Translations under genes and position numbers: made by a program
Shown: positions 28,254-36,898 of the stretch, in pieces
Numbering within the stretch: the stretch's first letter is position 1
Layout of the letters: each line of letters starts with the position of its first letter
DNA from: Eggerthellaceae bacterium
GTDB taxonomy: Bacteria > Actinomycetota > Coriobacteriia > Coriobacteriales > Eggerthellaceae
Direction: 5' to 3'
Assembly: GCA_017434045.1 (NCBI GenBank)
Contig: JAFRGA010000081.1
Coordinates: 1,813 to 65,812 of the forward strand
DNA length: 64,000 nucleotides
The notes under the pieces: generated by a model
The model's database searches: none
Seen by the model: the letters and a program-made list of their open reading frames with translations, nothing else
Told to the model about the DNA's origin: nothing

Positions 28254-28973
28254 ATGGCCGGAAGCATAGACATACGCGGTTTGCGGGTGACACGTGGCGA
28301 GTTTACGCTGACAGTCGACGAGCTGTTGGTTGAGGCGGGCGAAATCTTCGCAATATTGGGCACGACCGGATCGGGCAAAACCGTGCTTATGGAAGCGATT
28401 GCCGGCGCGTATCCCATCGACGAGGGTAAGATCCTGCTCGACGGCAAGGACGTAGATACGCTCCCCATCCAGCAGCGCCACCTGGGTGTTCTATACCAGG
28501 ATTACGCGTTGTTCCCTCACATGACCGTGCGCGACAACATAGCCTACGGCTTGAAGCGCGCACGTCCACGTCGTCACGACATCAGCGAGCGCGTGGACGA
28601 GATGCTTGCGTTGTTCGGAATCGGACATCTCGCCGATCGATACCCTGGCGTCATAAGCGGCGGCGAATCACAGCGCGCTGCGTTAGCGCGCGCCCTGGTG
28701 CTCCGTCCCGACATCCTGATTCTCGACGAGCCTTTCTCGGCGCTCGATCCCACGACGAAAGTCGCCATGTACGGCCTGCTCCGTGAGGTGCACGAGGGTT
28801 TTGGCTGCACTATCGTGTTCGTCACGCATGATTTCAACGAAGCCCAGACCCTCGCAGATCGCGTCGGCATCATCCTCGATGGCCAGCTGCGCTGCGTCGT
28901 TGCAGCGAGCGATCTTTTCGACGACGAGCACGCCCCCGAGGTGAAACGATTCCTCGGCATGGTCGAGTGTTAG
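28254..28973 (+). CDS. modC: molybdate ABC transporter ATP-binding protein
   Basis: It has Walker A GTTGSGKT, the signature ISGGESQR and Walker B ILILDEPFSALD. Confidence 0.88.
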   Translation: MAGSIDIRGLRVTRGEFTLTVDELLVEAGEIFAILGTTGSGKTVLMEAIAGAYPIDEGKILLDGKDVDTLPIQQRHLGVLYQDYALFPHMTVRDNIAYGLKRARPRRHDISERVDEMLALFGIGHLADRYPGVISGGESQRAALARALVLRPDILILDEPFSALDPTTKVAMYGLLREVHEGFGCTIVFVTHDFNEAQTLADRVGIILDGQLRCVVAASDLFDDEHAPEVKRFLGMVEC

Positions 28974-28977
28974 CCCT

Positions 28978-29121
28978 ATGTGGAAAAGGGTCAGACCCTT
29001 TTCCACATCCGCCGCTTGCGGGCAAATGCAGCATTTCACCGTCTGAGCTGCGCGAAAGCCGCAAGCGTTTCGCTCACAAACGCCGTCACAATGTGGAAAA
29101 GGGTCTGACCCTTTTCCACAT
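28978..29121. repeat. MITE-like element, copy 4 (complete)
   Basis: The ends lie at 28978-29008 and 29091-29121. It starts 5 nt after the modC stop and ends 15 nt before the PAP2 stop. Confidence 0.85.
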
Positions 29122-29135
29122 TGCTGGAGTTGCGG

Positions 29136-30047
29136 TCATTTGCGAGCGTGCAGCGTCATCACGACGAAGAACGCGGCCACGCTCACGAACGCGCCCACGC
29201 TGACGTCGGACAGGAAGTGGGCGCCCAGGATCATGCGGCAGGCCATGACGGTAAGCGCGAACACGATCTCGATTGCAAGGGCGATACCCAGCCTTTTGCG
29301 CAGGCTGGGGTAGACGAGGCTCAGGCCGTAGAACGCGAGGAGGAAACCGGCCGCCTGCATGGAGTGGCCGCTGGGAAAGGACTTGAAGGCGTCCCTCTCG
29401 ATGTCATAGGCCCCCATGAGCTCCCCGACGCCCGAGGACTTGCAATACCAGGGGCAGAACTCGATGCCCTCGTATCCCGCGAACAGCAGGCGCGGACGCG
29501 GGCGCGCCATGAAGTTTTTCACGATCTCGACCGCCAGGTACGAGACCACCAGCGCCACGACCACAACGAGCACGCGGCGCGCCAGGTCTTTTGCGTCGTT
29601 CGCCTTGCCGGCTTGGAAGCCCAGCGCGCACAGGATGACGCCGATGACGCCGCCGATGCCCAACCCAATAGATGAGGGAAGTTCGGCCCCGACTATTCCG
29701 CTGAAGCCGTCGCGTAACGAAAGAATCGCCATCGTGGCGAGCGCGCCGAAAATCACCGCAAGCACCACGCCCGCAACGGCGCCCGCAATACACAGCACCC
29801 GCGGCTTCTGGCTGACTAAGGAGCGCTGCACAAGCACGCCCAAAAGGATGCAAGCGGGATACGCCAACGGGAAAAGCCCCAAGGTCGAGGCGAAGATGAC
29901 GAGGGGATTGTCGGGCGTATAGATCGCCTGTGCAATCTGGTAGTCCGAAAACGTCCCCACGGCCAGCATCACCACGAGCACGGCGGCGAAAATCCCCATG
30001 CCGCGCATCAAGAGGGTGCGTTGCCCTTGATCCAATGCAATCACCAC
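29136..30047 (-). CDS. PAP2-family membrane phosphatase
   Basis: It is a multi-TM protein with the PAP2 motifs KSFPSGHS and GAHFLSDV. GTG start. Confidence 0.8.
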   Translation of the reverse strand: MVIALDQGQRTLLMRGMGIFAAVLVVMLAVGTFSDYQIAQAIYTPDNPLVIFASTLGLFPLAYPACILLGVLVQRSLVSQKPRVLCIAGAVAGVVLAVIFGALATMAILSLRDGFSGIVGAELPSSIGLGIGGVIGVILCALGFQAGKANDAKDLARRVLVVVVALVVSYLAVEIVKNFMARPRPRLLFAGYEGIEFCPWYCKSSGVGELMGAYDIERDAFKSFPSGHSMQAAGFLLAFYGLSLVYPSLRKRLGIALAIEIVFALTVMACRMILGAHFLSDVSVGAFVSVAAFFVVMTLHARK

Positions 30048-30050
30048 CCT

Positions 30051-30560
30051 TTAATGATGCTGAGGTCGAGCTATGAAACGCCGAATTGCATGCGCGCGGG
30101 GACGGCATGTTCGCCCGTATGCGCGCATTGCAATCGGCATGCGTTCAATGGAGTCTGTAATTCCTGCTCCCAATAGTATATAGGCGTTGCGCTCCATGAG
30201 CATGTCGGCCAGGTACCAGGGCCAGAAAGACGTCGATCCGTTGGCAACTGCAATTCGCCGTGATTGATCGATGTCGTCTGCCGTCACGCCGAACGGCGCC
30301 AGCTTAGGTGCCAATACATTGATGCTTGTACCGTATTCTTCTTCGAAATAATGAAAAATGTTAGCAAGATCTTCTTTTGAGTAGCCCGAGATGTCCACGC
30401 CGCCGCTTATGGCTTCCAGCACCTCTTCGGGAACTTTCTTGAACTCTTTCGGTACGCCAGGGTTGTTCTCTATTTGCTGCCTCCTTGGTCGTAGTTCTCC
30501 TTGCTGGCCATGATACAACACGCAAGGTTCGCTCGAGCCGGGCGCGGGGAACAGTTCCAT
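30051..30560 (-). CDS. hypothetical protein carrying a double-glycine leader-like motif (VPEEVLEAISGG); start codon unresolved
   Basis: The frame is open with an ATG at 30560. However, a strong AAGGAGG (30481-30487) sits 7 nt upstream of an in-frame ATA at 30473, and no canonical start follows it. Confidence 0.4.
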   Translation of the reverse strand: MELFPAPGSSEPCVLYHGQQGELRPRRQQIENNPGVPKEFKKVPEEVLEAISGGVDISGYSKEDLANIFHYFEEEYGTSINVLAPKLAPFGVTADDIDQSRRIAVANGSTSFWPWYLADMLMERNAYILLGAGITDSIERMPIAMRAYGRTCRPRAHAIRRFIARPQHH

Positions 30561-30811
30561 GTGTTCTCCCTGCGCTTCCCCTCCCTTCGCGTCCCGAGCG
30601 CGATGAGCTTCCCCTATTCTTCCCGTGTTCTCCCCCTGCGTTCGCACTGCCCCCGGTGTTCCTCTTCCCCAACTGTCACCTGTACTCCCTCCCGTGCTTG
30701 TCAGACACCGAAATGCAGCGATGCCCGCCCTTCCCGTCTGCCGTATGGCGTAAAATGCAAAAAACGACCAAGCCTTCGCTTCGTCTAGCTCGATCAACAA
30801 AGGGAGAAGAA

Positions 30812-32395
30812 ATGGCAGACTGGAGAAACCTCGATCAACTGGATGCATATAAGGCGCTCGTGGCTGACCCCACGCGGGTTGACCTGCGCGTGGCCCTGGC
30901 AGGGGAAGAGGGCGCCGAGCGGGTGAGGCGCTACATCGTGCCCATGGCGTGCGGGCTTTCGTACAGCTATGGCGCCAAGCGGGTAGACGACTCCCTCTTG
31001 GAAAAGCTGGCAAACCTGGCGAAGGAAGCGCAGTTGAGCGAAAAGTTTGCCGAGCTGTATAACGGAGCCATGGTCAACACCGGGGAAAAGCGCCTGGTTC
31101 TCCACCACCTAACCCGTGGGCAGCTGGGCGATCCCGTCGTGGCGGACGGGGTCGACAAGCGAGAGTTCTACGTGGAGCAGCAAAGGCGAATCGACGAGTT
31201 CGCGGGCAAAGTGCATGCCGGCGAGATAACCAACGCATCCGGCGAGGCTTTCACGACCGTCGTGCAAATCGGCATCGGCGGAAGCGACTTGGGTCCCCGG
31301 GCCGTGTACCTGGCGCTGGAGAACTGGGCTCGCGCCGAAGGCGCCCTGAAGATGGAGGCCCGCTTCATCAGCAACGTCGACCCCGATGACGCGGTGAACG
31401 TGCTGAGCACCATAGATGTGGCCCATTCCCTTTTCATCCTCGTCTCGAAATCCGGCACCACGCTCGAGACGCTGACCAACGAGGCGTTCGTGAAAGACGC
31501 CCTTGTGAAAGCGGGGCTCGATCCGGCCGACCATATGGTCGCCGTCACCAGCCAGACTTCGCCTCTGGCTCAAGATAGCGGCTATCTGGAAGCGTTCTTC
31601 ATGGACGACCACATCGGAGGCCGGTATTCCTCCTCCTCGGCGGTGGGCGGCGCAGTGCTGTCCTTGGCCTTCGGTCCCGAGGTCTTCGCGCAGTTCCTCG
31701 CAGGCGCCGCCGCAACGGACCGCCTTTCCGCAGACGCGGAACCGCTCGAGAATCCGGCGATGCTGGACGCCCTTATCGGGGTGTACGAGCGGAATATCCT
31801 GGGATACGAGAGCACGGCGGTCCTGCCTTATTCGCAGGCGCTCTCCCGTTTCCCGGCCCACCTGCAGCAGGCGGACATGGAATCCAACGGCAAGTCCGTC
31901 AACCGCTTCGGCGAGCCGGTGGACTACCCCACCGGGCCGGTGCTGTTCGGCGAGCCCGGAACCAACGGCCAGCACTCCTTCTATCAGCTGCTTCACCAGG
32001 GCAAGGACATCGTCCCCTTGCAATTCGTCGGGTTCAGGGAGAACCAGGGCAAGACGGACGTCCTGATCCAGGGCAGCTACAGCAAGCAGAAGCTGGGCGC
32101 CAACGTGGCTGCGCAGATCGTCGCCTTCGCATGCGGCAAAGACGACGAGGACCTGAACAAGAAATTCGACGGCGGGCGGCCGTCGAGCATCATCATCGGA
32201 GAGAGGCTCACGCCGGAATCCATGGGAGCGCTGCTCGCGCATTTCGAGAACAAGATCATGTTCCAGGGCTTCCTCTGGAACCTGAACAGCTTCGACCAGG
32301 AAGGCGTGCAGCTAGGCAAGGTCCTGGCCAAGCGCGTGCTCGCCCATGAAACCGATGGCGCGCTGGCCGTGTACAGCGAGATGCTGGGAATTTAG
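30812..32395 (+). CDS. pgi: glucose-6-phosphate isomerase
   Basis: It has PGI signatures (IGIGGSDLGPR, VSKSGTTLET, GEPGTNGQHSFYQLLHQG). The ATG at 30812 follows AAAGGGAGA. The upstream track extension is rejected. Confidence 0.92.
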   Translation: MADWRNLDQLDAYKALVADPTRVDLRVALAGEEGAERVRRYIVPMACGLSYSYGAKRVDDSLLEKLANLAKEAQLSEKFAELYNGAMVNTGEKRLVLHHLTRGQLGDPVVADGVDKREFYVEQQRRIDEFAGKVHAGEITNASGEAFTTVVQIGIGGSDLGPRAVYLALENWARAEGALKMEARFISNVDPDDAVNVLSTIDVAHSLFILVSKSGTTLETLTNEAFVKDALVKAGLDPADHMVAVTSQTSPLAQDSGYLEAFFMDDHIGGRYSSSSAVGGAVLSLAFGPEVFAQFLAGAAATDRLSADAEPLENPAMLDALIGVYERNILGYESTAVLPYSQALSRFPAHLQQADMESNGKSVNRFGEPVDYPTGPVLFGEPGTNGQHSFYQLLHQGKDIVPLQFVGFRENQGKTDVLIQGSYSKQKLGANVAAQIVAFACGKDDEDLNKKFDGGRPSSIIIGERLTPESMGALLAHFENKIMFQGFLWNLNSFDQEGVQLGKVLAKRVLAHETDGALAVYSEMLGI

Positions 32396-32490
32396 CCGAT
32401 TTCGCAGCCGTTTCGCGGCGAACGGCAACGAGGGGAAGGGGCGAACGGAGGCGAGCTTTTCGTTCGCGGCGCTTGTTTGTTGATGAATGG

Positions 32491-32613
32491 GGGACGTGCT
32501 TATCGGTCGCGCGTTCCTGTTCGTCGATGAACAGGGCGTGCTTTTCGCTCGCGCGTTCTTGTTGGTCGATGAGCGGGGCGTGCTATTCGCTCGCGGTTCC
32601 TGTTCGATTGGGG
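32491..32613. repeat. three tandem ~42-bp degenerate repeats upstream of the M13 peptidase gene
   Basis: The unit GGGCGTGCTTTTCGCTCGCGCGTTCTTGTTGGTCGATGAGCG and two variants were read directly. Confidence 0.8.
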
Positions 32614-32627
32614 AGGAAGGGAGTCAT

Positions 32628-34868
32628 ATGAAACACGTAAGCAAGTTGGCTGCATTTGCCCTCGCATTGGCGATGGCGTTGGTGCTTGTCGCCTGCGGCG
32701 GCAATGCGGTGAGCTCTTCCGCCTCATCGGGAGGCGGTTCCGAGGCGTCTGCGAGCGCGTCGGCTGCCAGCTCCGTGGCATCTGAGGCCAGCTCAGCGGG
32801 CAGCGCCGCAGCATCCGAGGCCAGCGCCGCAGCATCCGAGGCCAGCGCCGCAGCATCTGACGCCAGCGCATCGTCCGAGGGGCCGGGAGAGCTTGCGGGC
32901 AAGCCCTGGGTCACATCGGTTCTCTCGGGTAACTTGCCAGCAGAGCGACCCGAGGCCAAGGACGACCTGTACACGCACTACAACTACGAATACCTCGCGG
33001 CTCACCAGGGTCAGAATACCGGGGTGGCAATTGAACGCGCTGGCGAGATGAAGGCTGCAATCTCGGCAATCATCAAGGACGAGTCCAAGACCGGCCATGA
33101 CCTGGATCAGCTGCGCATTTTCTACAGCCAGGCAGCCGACACCGAGAAGCTGAAGGCCACGGGGCTCTCCGAGCTGCAGCCTTACCTCGACCGCATCGAT
33201 GCGGTCAGCTCACTCGACGAGATGAACGCGTTGCTCGCGGCGGATGACTTCCCGTTCAGCCCATTCATACTGGCGTGCTTGACGAACAACGACACGCGTG
33301 CCAAGAACATCGTGGGAATCAACCCCGATTTTGTGCTCTGCGACGCGCTGCTCGTGGGCGGCACGTACTATCAGGAGTCCGATGACCCCCAGGTCAACCA
33401 GAACATAGCAGCTGTGTTGCAGAATATGACGATGTACCCGATCATTGATTTCATGTCCGCGGGCATGAGTCAAAAAGAGGCGCAAGGCGTTGCAGCGCAG
33501 CTCATCGAGTTCGAGAAGGCGCACGGTAAGCACCTCACCGCCTCAGGTACGTATCTGAATGCCGATTACGGCTTTATGGCGGAGACCGCACGCGAGAGTT
33601 ATTTCACGCTTGATGAACTGCGCGCCATGGCTCCCAACTTCCCGCTGAAGGAGACGCTCGGCAAGATGGGAAAGGCCGGCGCCGAGACGTATACCACCGA
33701 AAAGGGCTGGCTCAAGGCTTTCGGCGAGCTGTGGACCGAGGACAACCTGGATGCGATCAAGCTCGTAGCTAAAGCCAATGTGCTCAGCGAGACGCGCCCG
33801 TACCGCGACCCGTCGTTCATGAACTCCATATTCGAGTCGTATGGCCAACCCGCAACCGACGCGGATAGCTTCGCCTACACCGCCTGCACGAGCCTCGACA
33901 CGCTGGGCAATGTCGTCTCCAAGACGTACGTCGACGACGTGTTGGGGCCGAACGCCAAGGCGCGCATCGAGACCCTTTCCAAGAACCTCGTCGACGCGTA
34001 CAAGGATCTCGTCGACAACACCCCGTGGATGGGCGAGGAATCCCAGCAGCGCATCATCGAGAAGCTCGACCACATGACGCTCAACATATTGGAACCTGTG
34101 GGCGGGTACTTCGACTACAGCGATCTCGAGCTGACGCCAACCGAGAAGGGCGGTACGCTCCTGTCCAACTACCTGAAGCTCAAGCAATACCGCTACGACT
34201 GCGAGAGCAAGCTGATCAACCAGCCCGCCGTAGCTGCAGCGCCGTGGTTCTACTACAGCCCGGCCATGGCAAACGCCTTCTACGACCCGACGTCGAACTC
34301 CATCAACATCCTTCCCGGTTACGTGACGAGCGCCGTCTATGCCGAGGACATGACTGACGCCGACTTGCTTGCAGGCCTCGGTTGGACAGTCGGCCACGAG
34401 ATCAGCCACGGCTTCGACTACACGGGGTCGCAGCTCGATGCGTACGGCACGCCCAATCCCGTGTTCACCGACGCCGACGTGGACTCCTTCGTCTTGAAGT
34501 GCTCCACCCTTGCCTCGTACTACAACACGATCGAAGTTGCGCCTGAACAGAAGGTTGACGGGCGGCTCGTCATCGGCGAGGCTGCTGCGGACCTCTGCGG
34601 CTTGCAGGCCTGCTTCGAGCTGGCGGCGAAGACCGACGGCTTCGACTACAAAGACTACATCGGGAAGATCGCGAACGAGTGGGCGGTCGTGATGACTCCG
34701 GACCAACTGCCGAGCGTGCTTCTGGACACCCATCCGATCAGCAACTTGCGCGTCAACGTGAATGTGCAGATGCTCGACCCGATTTACGACGTGCTCGGCG
34801 TGGCCGAGGGCGATGGCATGTACCTCGCGCCCGAACAGCGCATCGTCATCTGGGGCCCGAACGCGTAG
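32628..34868 (+). CDS. M13-family zinc metallopeptidase (PepO/neprilysin-like) lipoprotein
   Basis: It has a signal plus lipobox (LALAMALVLVACGG), a Ser/Ala-rich linker, the zinc motif GHEISHGFD and the downstream GEAAADLCG. The ATG at 32628 follows GGGAGGAAGGGAG. Confidence 0.9.
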   Translation: MKHVSKLAAFALALAMALVLVACGGNAVSSSASSGGGSEASASASAASSVASEASSAGSAAASEASAAASEASAAASDASASSEGPGELAGKPWVTSVLSGNLPAERPEAKDDLYTHYNYEYLAAHQGQNTGVAIERAGEMKAAISAIIKDESKTGHDLDQLRIFYSQAADTEKLKATGLSELQPYLDRIDAVSSLDEMNALLAADDFPFSPFILACLTNNDTRAKNIVGINPDFVLCDALLVGGTYYQESDDPQVNQNIAAVLQNMTMYPIIDFMSAGMSQKEAQGVAAQLIEFEKAHGKHLTASGTYLNADYGFMAETARESYFTLDELRAMAPNFPLKETLGKMGKAGAETYTTEKGWLKAFGELWTEDNLDAIKLVAKANVLSETRPYRDPSFMNSIFESYGQPATDADSFAYTACTSLDTLGNVVSKTYVDDVLGPNAKARIETLSKNLVDAYKDLVDNTPWMGEESQQRIIEKLDHMTLNILEPVGGYFDYSDLELTPTEKGGTLLSNYLKLKQYRYDCESKLINQPAVAAAPWFYYSPAMANAFYDPTSNSINILPGYVTSAVYAEDMTDADLLAGLGWTVGHEISHGFDYTGSQLDAYGTPNPVFTDADVDSFVLKCSTLASYYNTIEVAPEQKVDGRLVIGEAAADLCGLQACFELAAKTDGFDYKDYIGKIANEWAVVMTPDQLPSVLLDTHPISNLRVNVNVQMLDPIYDVLGVAEGDGMYLAPEQRIVIWGPNA

Positions 34869-34916
34869 GCACGCGAGCGGGGACGTGTTTTTCGCTTGGG
34901 TAAATCTGCCGTCCGC

Positions 34917-35016
34917 GGGGCGCGTTCCCCGAGTGCAAGGCGCGCCTCCCAGTGAAGGGCGTGCCCCCGGCGAAGGACGCGCCACCAGGCGAAAGGCGCG
35001 TCCCGCTCATTGAAAG
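34917..35016. repeat. five tandem ~19-22-bp degenerate repeats (GGCGCG-N-CCC-N-G-GAAG type)
   Basis: Read directly in the intergenic region between the M13 peptidase and the radical SAM gene. Confidence 0.7.
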
Positions 35017-35060
35017 TCTGCAACCTGGTGTGTCCAGGCATTCTGAGACTAGGAGGCACA

Positions 35061-35957
35061 ATGCATTACTCCGGCACGACCTTCCGCCCACCGTACGAGG
35101 CTAACTCGCTGCTGCTCCAAGTGACGAAGGGCTGCAGCCACAACAAGTGCGCCTTCTGCAGCATGTACCGCGACGTACCTTTCGAAGTGTCGCCCTTGCA
35201 CGAGGTCGAGGCCGATGTGGCCGAGGCGGCGTCGATGCGCCCGGGCGCGACGCGCGTCTTTCTGGAAAACGGCGATGCGTTCTGCCTGCCCGCCGAGCGC
35301 CTGCTCGAAATTGCGCGTATCATCAGGACGGGGCTTCCGCAGGTGAGGGAGATCACCGGCTACGCCCGCGTCCAGAACATCGCCACGAAGACCGACGAGG
35401 AGCTGCGCGCCCTTGCCCAGGCTGGCTTCACGGAGTGGAACATCGGGCTCGAGTCAGGCTTGGACGACGTGCTTTCCTTCATGAACAAGGGCTACGACGC
35501 CGCAACGGCACGCACGCAGCTGCTGCGCCTGGGTGATGCCGGGCTGCGCTTCAGCGTGAACATCATCAACGCGGCTGCGGGACCTGCGCGTATGGAGGAA
35601 CACGCCGCGGCAAACGCCCGCATCGTCAACGAGGTCAAGCCGTACCTGATCTTCGTCTCGCCCCTTCACGTGGATCCGGGCACGCCCCTCGAGGGCATGC
35701 TCGAGCGCGGCGAGTTCGTCGAGTCGACCATGGGCCAGTACATCGACGAGGAGGTTGCGTTCCTCGAGGCGCTCGATCTAGACGACTGCGTGTTCTTCGG
35801 TTCGCACATCAGCAACCCGGTGTCCGTGTTGGGCCGCCTGCCTCAGGACAAGCAGGCCCTGCTCGATGAGCTCGCGGAAGGAAAGGCCGAGTATCCGCAG
35901 GAAATGCTCGACGCGCATCCAAGAAAGGGCGCCGAGGGCATGATCATCGGCTGGTAG
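35061..35957 (+). CDS. radical SAM protein, function unknown
   Basis: It has the CX3CX2C motif CSHNKCAFC near the N-terminus. The ATG at 35061 follows AGGAGG. Confidence 0.8.
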   Translation: MHYSGTTFRPPYEANSLLLQVTKGCSHNKCAFCSMYRDVPFEVSPLHEVEADVAEAASMRPGATRVFLENGDAFCLPAERLLEIARIIRTGLPQVREITGYARVQNIATKTDEELRALAQAGFTEWNIGLESGLDDVLSFMNKGYDAATARTQLLRLGDAGLRFSVNIINAAAGPARMEEHAAANARIVNEVKPYLIFVSPLHVDPGTPLEGMLERGEFVESTMGQYIDEEVAFLEALDLDDCVFFGSHISNPVSVLGRLPQDKQALLDELAEGKAEYPQEMLDAHPRKGAEGMIIGW

Positions 35958-36030
35958 CGGCATGCGCGCGTTGCCTTTCGCAATCGTGCGGTAGGGCATG
36001 TGCGAAAACGGCTCATAGGGGTCGGGCTCT

Positions 36031-36192
36031 GAGCAGGCGTCCTAGAATAAAAGGGGTCTTCGGGGCCAGATCTAGGGCATGCGTCCTAGGTCAGAAGAGG
36101 CCTTTAAGCGCAAGGTCCAAAGCGGGCATACTAGATCGAACGAGGCTCTTAAGGCGTAAGGTCCAAAGCAGGCGTCCTAGATTGAACGGGGG
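36031..36192. repeat. tandem ~45-bp degenerate repeats (…AAGGTCCAAAGCRGGCRTVCTAGAT…)
   Basis: There are two clear units (36101-36145 and 36146-36192) plus more degenerate upstream copies. Confidence 0.7.
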
Positions 36193-36196
36193 TATC

Positions 36197-36889
36197 ATGG
36201 CCCGCTATTTCGAATACGGTGACGAGGCGGTCGCCCACCTCAAGGCGCGCGACCCGAAGCTCGCGCAGGCCATCGACGTGATAGGCCATGTGAACCGCGA
36301 GATGATGGAGGAGGGCGACCTGTTCGCCGCCGTCGTGCACCACATCATCGGCCAGCAGATCTCGTCAGCCGCGCAGGCGACCGTGTGGGCGCGCCTGCAG
36401 GAAACCCTTGGCGCGATCACGCCCGCAACCGTCAACGCGGCAACCCTCGAGCAGCTGCAATCGTGCGGCACGACGTTCAAGAAGGCCGGCTATATCAAGG
36501 GCTTCGCCGAGAAGGTGGAATCGGGGGAGTTCGACCTGGACGCCGTCGCGCACATGTCGGATGCCGAGGCCATCGCCGCCCTCAGCTCGCTTTCCGGCAT
36601 CGGCGAGTGGACGGCCGAGATGCTGCTCTTGTTCTGCTTGGGCCGTCCAGACATCCTCAGCTTCGGCGACCTCGCCATCCACCGCGGCATGCGCATGGTC
36701 TACCACCATCGCAAGGTCACGCGCCAAATGTTCGAGAAATACCGCCGCCGCTACAGCCCATACGGCAGCGTGGCGAGCCTGTACTTGTGGGCCGTCTCGC
36801 ACATGGACGCCCCCGGGTACGACCGCGACTACGCCCCCATGACCGAGGCGCAGAAGAAAGCCGCCCGCAAGAAGCGGACGGCAAAGTAG
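36197..36889 (+). CDS. DNA-3-methyladenine glycosylase II family (AlkA-like, HhH-GPD)
   Basis: It has the HhH-GPD segment LSSLSGIGEWTAEMLLLFCLGRPDILSFGDLAIHRG. Confidence 0.85.
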   Translation: MARYFEYGDEAVAHLKARDPKLAQAIDVIGHVNREMMEEGDLFAAVVHHIIGQQISSAAQATVWARLQETLGAITPATVNAATLEQLQSCGTTFKKAGYIKGFAEKVESGEFDLDAVAHMSDAEAIAALSSLSGIGEWTAEMLLLFCLGRPDILSFGDLAIHRGMRMVYHHRKVTRQMFEKYRRRYSPYGSVASLYLWAVSHMDAPGYDRDYAPMTEAQKKAARKKRTAK

Positions 36890-36898
36890 CCCGGACCG

